Of a stretch of 64,000 bases of DNA, positions 59,161-64,000 are shown piece by piece. Source of the DNA: Octopus sinensis. Taxonomy: Eukaryota. The notes under the pieces were generated by a model. It had not been told where the DNA came from. It worked only from the letters and a program-made list of their open reading frames with translations, and ran no database searches. Where the stretch lies: contig NC_043013.1 of assembly GCF_006345805.1 (NCBI RefSeq), positions 51,770,001 to 51,834,000 of the forward strand. The letters are read 5' to 3'. How positions within the stretch are numbered: the first letter of the stretch is position 1; every line of letters starts with the position of its first letter. The position numbers and the translations under genes were made by a program.

Positions 59161-59624
59161 TATCTATATATATATATAGAGAGAGAGACTTATGTCCCAA
59201 GTTATTTCCTGAATGCCAGTTCATATAACCAAAACTTAAAGGAGACCTAATATGGAGGTTTCAGAAATATCCATGGGTCCTGCCCCCTTTTCTGAATAAC
59301 TTATAAAAACTAAAGCACTGATTTTTTTTGTTATTTTTTTTGTTTTGTTTTTCTGTAGTCCTTTGTATTTTGAACTACTTTCCATTTTATATGTCTTCCT
59401 TCTCATGTCATGTTCATCTCCTCTCATACACACACACACACTCACACACTTGTCACCCCCCCCCACCTTGTTATTGTTGGTGATGGTCGTTATACTATCA
59501 TTAAGTCTTACAACTACTTCTGTATACACTTTTTGTCCTTGAAAATAATATAAACATCACATAGTCTCAATTCTAATACAAAGAAAAAAATCTGAATTTG
59601 TTGATGTTATTATTATTATTATTA

Positions 59625-60440
59625 TTAAAGTGGTGAGCTGACAGAATCATTAGCACTTTGGCCAAAATGCTTAGTGGTATTTTGTCTACTGCTACGTTAT
59701 GAGTTCAAATTCCACTGAGGTTGATTTTACCTTTCATCCTTTCAGGGGTCGATAAATTAAGTACTAGTGAAACACTGGGGTCGATGTAATCGACTTATCC
59801 CCTTCACCCCAAAATAGCTGCCCTTCTGGCAAAATTTGAAACTATTATTATTATCATTATTATTATTATGGCGGTGAGCTGGTAGAATCAGATGCCAGGC
59901 AAAATGGTTAGTGACATTTCGTCCGTCTTTACCTTCTGAGTTCAAATTCCGCCAAGGTCGATTTTTCCTTTCATCCTTTCAGGGTTGATAAATCGAGTAC
60001 CAGTGAGACACTGGGGTCGATGTAATCGACTAGCTCCTTCCCCAAAAATTTCAGGCCTTGTGCCTAGAGTAGAAACTATTATCATCATAAATTGTTAGCA
60101 TACTGGACAAAATGCTTTGTGTTATTTCTCCTTGCCCTTTATCTGCTGGGCTCAGATCCCACCCAGGTTGACATTGCCTTTCATCCTTTAAGGGTCAATA
60201 AAGTACCAGTTGAACACTGGGTCAATATAATTGACTAGCCCCTTCCCCAAAAATTTCAGGCCTTGAGCCCATGATAGAAGGTATTACTGTTATTAATATT
60301 CAAGGCAATGAGCTAATTAAATCGTTAACTTACCTGACAAAATGCTGAGCTGTATTTCTCCTAGGTCTATCTGTTCCAAGTTCAAGCGCCACTGAGGTCA
60401 ACTTGGCCTTTCATTTTTTCAGGATTAATGAAATAAATTC
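59625..60440 (+). mobile_element. head-to-tail array of 4-5 SINE family A copies
   Basis: recurrent family A blocks separated by (ATT)n. Confidence 0.75.
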
Positions 60441-61290
60441 TACTCAGATATTGGAGATTTAGGTGCAGGAGTGGCTGTGTGGTAAGAAGCTTGCTCCCCA
60501 ACCACATGGTTCTGGGTTCAGTCCCACTGCATGGGAGAAGGCTAGTTGATTACATCGACCGAGGGTATTTAGCTGAAGATCATGAGTTCAATTCCTGGTG
60601 TCACATTATGTCCTTGAGCAAGACACTTTATTTCATGTTGCTCCAGTTTACTCACCTAGCAAAAGAGAGTTGCACCTGTAATTCAAAGGGGGCCACTCTT
60701 ATCACATTCTGTGTTGCACTGAATCTCCCAAGAATTACATTAAGGGTACACACGTCTATGGTGTACTCAGCCACTTGAATGTTAATTTCATGAGCAAGCT
60801 GATCATTGATCAAATCAACTGGAACCCTCGTTGCTGTAACTGACAGACTTCCAGATAAGGTACCAGTCATATACTGGGGTTGATGTAATCATTTAAATCC
60901 CTTCTCCGAAGCGGTTGACCTAGACACAATCCACATACTACGGAAGCATTATCAGGAAGTTGATAATCTGTTAGAATGTCTCCAGTTGGCAAGGTGAGGT
61001 GTTCAATTCTTGTCTTTGGTGTGAACTTGAGAAACCAAGAATTTCTGTTATTGTTGTTGTAAAAATGTTTGATTTCCAAATCAGAGAAAACTTATTTAAT
61101 TCTAAAACCCTACTCACACTTCTCCTCTTCCTGTTATTTATTCCATATCTACTTTATACAGATCAGGTATGGGTTTATGTAAAATCAATACAAATTCAAT
61201 AAAATATATATTGGAATGTGTGTGTGTGTATACATATATGTGAACATGTGTCTGTATAAGTGAGTGTATGCATTTGTGTGTGTGTATATG

Positions 61291-61328
<38 letters not shown>

Positions 61329-61973
61329 CATGCACAGTACATATCTGTATTGATATTCAAATATATGTAAATTTATATATGTGTGTGTATTAGGGATACA
61401 ACTTTTTGGCAACTCCATGGTCCTGTATTATGATCTAATGAGCTTTTGCTGGGAAACAATGAAAAATCAATGTTTTTTTTTTTTTGTTTTTTTTTTTTTT
61501 TTTTTTTTTGCATTTGATTAAAAAAGTTCACCCGTGACTAACTTTGAAATTTTTATACTCTGCTGCATTTGGTTGGATTTTCCAAAAAAACTAAATCCCT
61601 GGTTGAATAAGAAACAAAAAAAAAGGGCAAAGATCCAAAGCTTTTAATCCATAACTGTTAAAAGAACTTTATTCTGCATTCCAGAACAATAAAAAGATGG
61701 TAAGTCAAATTAGCCAAAATACCAAGTTGTGGCAATTCATTCGCGAGAATGAAACCCAATGACAGATTGGCTTTGTTCTTGCATGTGGCATGTAGTTCTT
61801 GTAAGACTTTAATTGCTCGTTAACAACATTGATTACTTCTGCTGATGTTTAGTTTTGAAGGTCTTGTTTCCAGTGTCAAACATTTCAAAGCAGTCTTGTA
61901 GGGTAGAAAGGCTTGCGATAGCTCTGCATAACCTTCAGCTCTAGAGATTTGGTCACTGAAACAGTGGTCTGCC

Positions 61974-62253
61974 CATCATCATCATCATCGTTTAGCGTCC
62001 GCTTTCCATGCTAGCATGGGTTGGACAGTTCAACTGGGGTCTGGGAAGCCAGAAGGCTGCACCAGGGTCCAGTTTGATCTGGCAATGTTTCTACGGCTGG
62101 ATGCCCTTCCTAACGCCAACCACTCCGTGAGTGTAGTGGGTGCTTTTTACGTGCCACTGGCACAGGTGCCAGACGGGGCTGGCAAACGGCCATGATCGGA
62201 TGGTGCTTTTTATGTGCCACCAGCACGGGGGCCAGGCGAGGCTGGCAACGGCC
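61974..62253. mobile_element. RTE-related family C repeat, cleanly inserted at gcc
   Basis: near-consensus body. Confidence 0.85.
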
Positions 62254-62949
62254 AGTCGTATGAAATAAACTAAAAGACCATCTGCAGTCTTTCTCTCACA
62301 TGTGGAATGAGGAAAAATGCCAGAAGGGCTAAGATTGCTTGCGGATTCCATCTGGCACTACTGACCATATTGCTTGCTTGGAAATGATTAGAAAATTCTG
62401 TTTATCTCCTCACAGTAGTGTCACCTTACTTGATAATTCCGCCACTCTCTCCTTTACCTTAAATTGATATCCCAAGAAACTGGTACCGACCAACAATCTA
62501 TTCCTTGAGTGGTGTTCGGCTTCTACTGGCACATGAGCTCTAGATAAATGGGACTGGAACTGCACCAAGTTTCTCCATTTCTCCCTATTCTGAACAACTG
62601 AAGTTTTTCTTGAATGACAAACCGTTAGCAGTCTTGCAGAATTCACACTGAAACCAAAGCAGCAAAGCTGAAAGAACTTAATTGCCACATGACTAAACAT
62701 GGTGACTCAGCAATACAAATGAATAACTTCTGAAGTCTTTTAAATGCTAAGAATTTATTGAAAGCCAAGAGTGCTACGCAACCTTACCCATATTCAGACA
62801 AGTTTTACATAAGAATACAAACATGGATTCATGGGTGAACTTTTTTAAAGATAACACAAAAGTGAGTTTACTTTCGTTACTTATGCATAAAAGCTCATCT
62901 AAATATGATACAGGAAATTGTTTTTGAGGAAAAAAGTTTAAAAGTTGTA

Positions 62950-63089
62950 TCCCTAATGTATATGTGTGTGTATATATATGTGTGTATGTACGTATATATG
63001 TGTGTGTGTGTATATACATGTACATATCCAAATGTATATTTATGCTCATGTGACCATTTTTGTATTTCATTGTGTGTAAACGTGTGTGT

Positions 63090-63144
<55 letters not shown>

Positions 63145-63400
63145 TACCAGTGAAATACAAAAATAATTACATGCACATAAGTACATATTTGAATGTGTGT
63201 GTGTATACACACAAATACAAATGTATGTCTATATATGCATGTGTGTATGAAAACAAATTAATTTTTCACAATCAAACTCGTTTATACAATGTGTATGTGT
63301 GTATATGTGGGCATGTATCAACATATAATGAAATTTGTGTTTTTGTATATGTGGGTGTGTGTATATATATATGTATATACACACATGCAATGTGTGTATG
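62950..63400. repeat. TA/TG/CA microsatellite-rich tract
   Basis: direct reading. Confidence 0.85.
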
Positions 63401-63609
63401 TGTTGGGTGTATAACTGCTATCTGTGATAAACAAACACACATCTGTTGTTTGTATGTTGTGACACCAACAATATAAAAATAAAAATGTTTTCAATAAATT
63501 ATCTTAACACATCGATCTTCTTGTTATATTGATTTATTATTGTTGTTGCTGTTGTACTCTTGGGCAAGATTATCAACTTTACTTGACACTGGTTGTTATA
63601 CTTTCTATA

Positions 63610-63860
63610 GTCGTATGTGGATTTGGTAGATGGAAACTGAAAGAAGCCTGTCGTATATGTGTGTGTGTGTCTGTGTCTGTGTTGGTCCCCCAACACTGCT
63701 TGACAACTGATGGTGTGTTTATGTCCACATGACTTTGTGGTTTGGCAAATGAGACTGATAGAATAAACACCAGGCATAAAACAAACTGAGATCGATAACA
63801 GATTCTGCAAAACAGTGCTCCAGTATGGCCGCAGTGATGACTGAAACAGGTGAAAGACAA
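63610..63860 (+). mobile_element. SINE family B, 5'-truncated and diverged
   Basis: consensus match. Confidence 0.7.
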
Positions 63861-64000
63861 ATGATAATTGGTGCATAGACGATATTGTTATTTAACCCCA
63901 GGCTATACCTGATCAAGTTGACCTATGATCTAAGGCATTCTAGCCATGGCCATCCCATCATTTTTTAAGAGTATGTTGGACTGAAGTGATGCAGATGTGC

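Noticed and set aside
62410-62700. 96-aa minus-strand ORF as an exon of a neighbouring gene
   Set aside because: No recognisable domain, and no partner exons could be chained within the window; kept only as context for the interrupted-ORF finding.
17-63860. tRNA-like A/B boxes at SINE heads as tRNA genes
   Set aside because: No complete cloverleaf; each continues into a SINE body repeated many times in the window.

Overview
AT-rich, microsatellite- and SINE-dense animal genomic DNA. The repeat families and simple-repeat load point to a coleoid cephalopod, most likely Octopus (inference from recalled repeat families, not a database search). One + strand gene dominates the window: a band 4.1/FERM protein orthologous to EPB41L4A (NBL4). 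I traced 24 GT-AG exons from 10940 to the stop at 51651; they join in frame to 909 aa, covering the FERM N/M/C lobes, the FERM-adjacent SGRT segment, an Arg/Ser-rich middle and a His/Ser/Gly-rich tail ending in -ATEL. The first coding exon was not found and probably lies upstream; the short linker exon expected between 26081 and 27611 was also not found. Introns hold several tRNA-derived SINE families, RTE-related repeats, Tc1/mariner relics and MITEs, piggyBac-type MITEs and many long fold-back elements. The most striking unannotated signal is a set of type I hammerhead ribozyme motifs of the Penelope-like-element style. Three are structurally complete (10609-10654 minus, 33367-33414 minus, 38833-38929 plus), three are degenerate, and hammerhead half-motifs sit in the loops of three fold-backs. 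The 38.8-kb hammerhead is in the sense of the pre-mRNA, and its GUC cleavage site is 44 nt upstream of a candidate cassette-exon acceptor. The locus also shows repeated local duplication of splice-acceptor/exon-start segments. All structures were read by eye; nothing was computed or searched.
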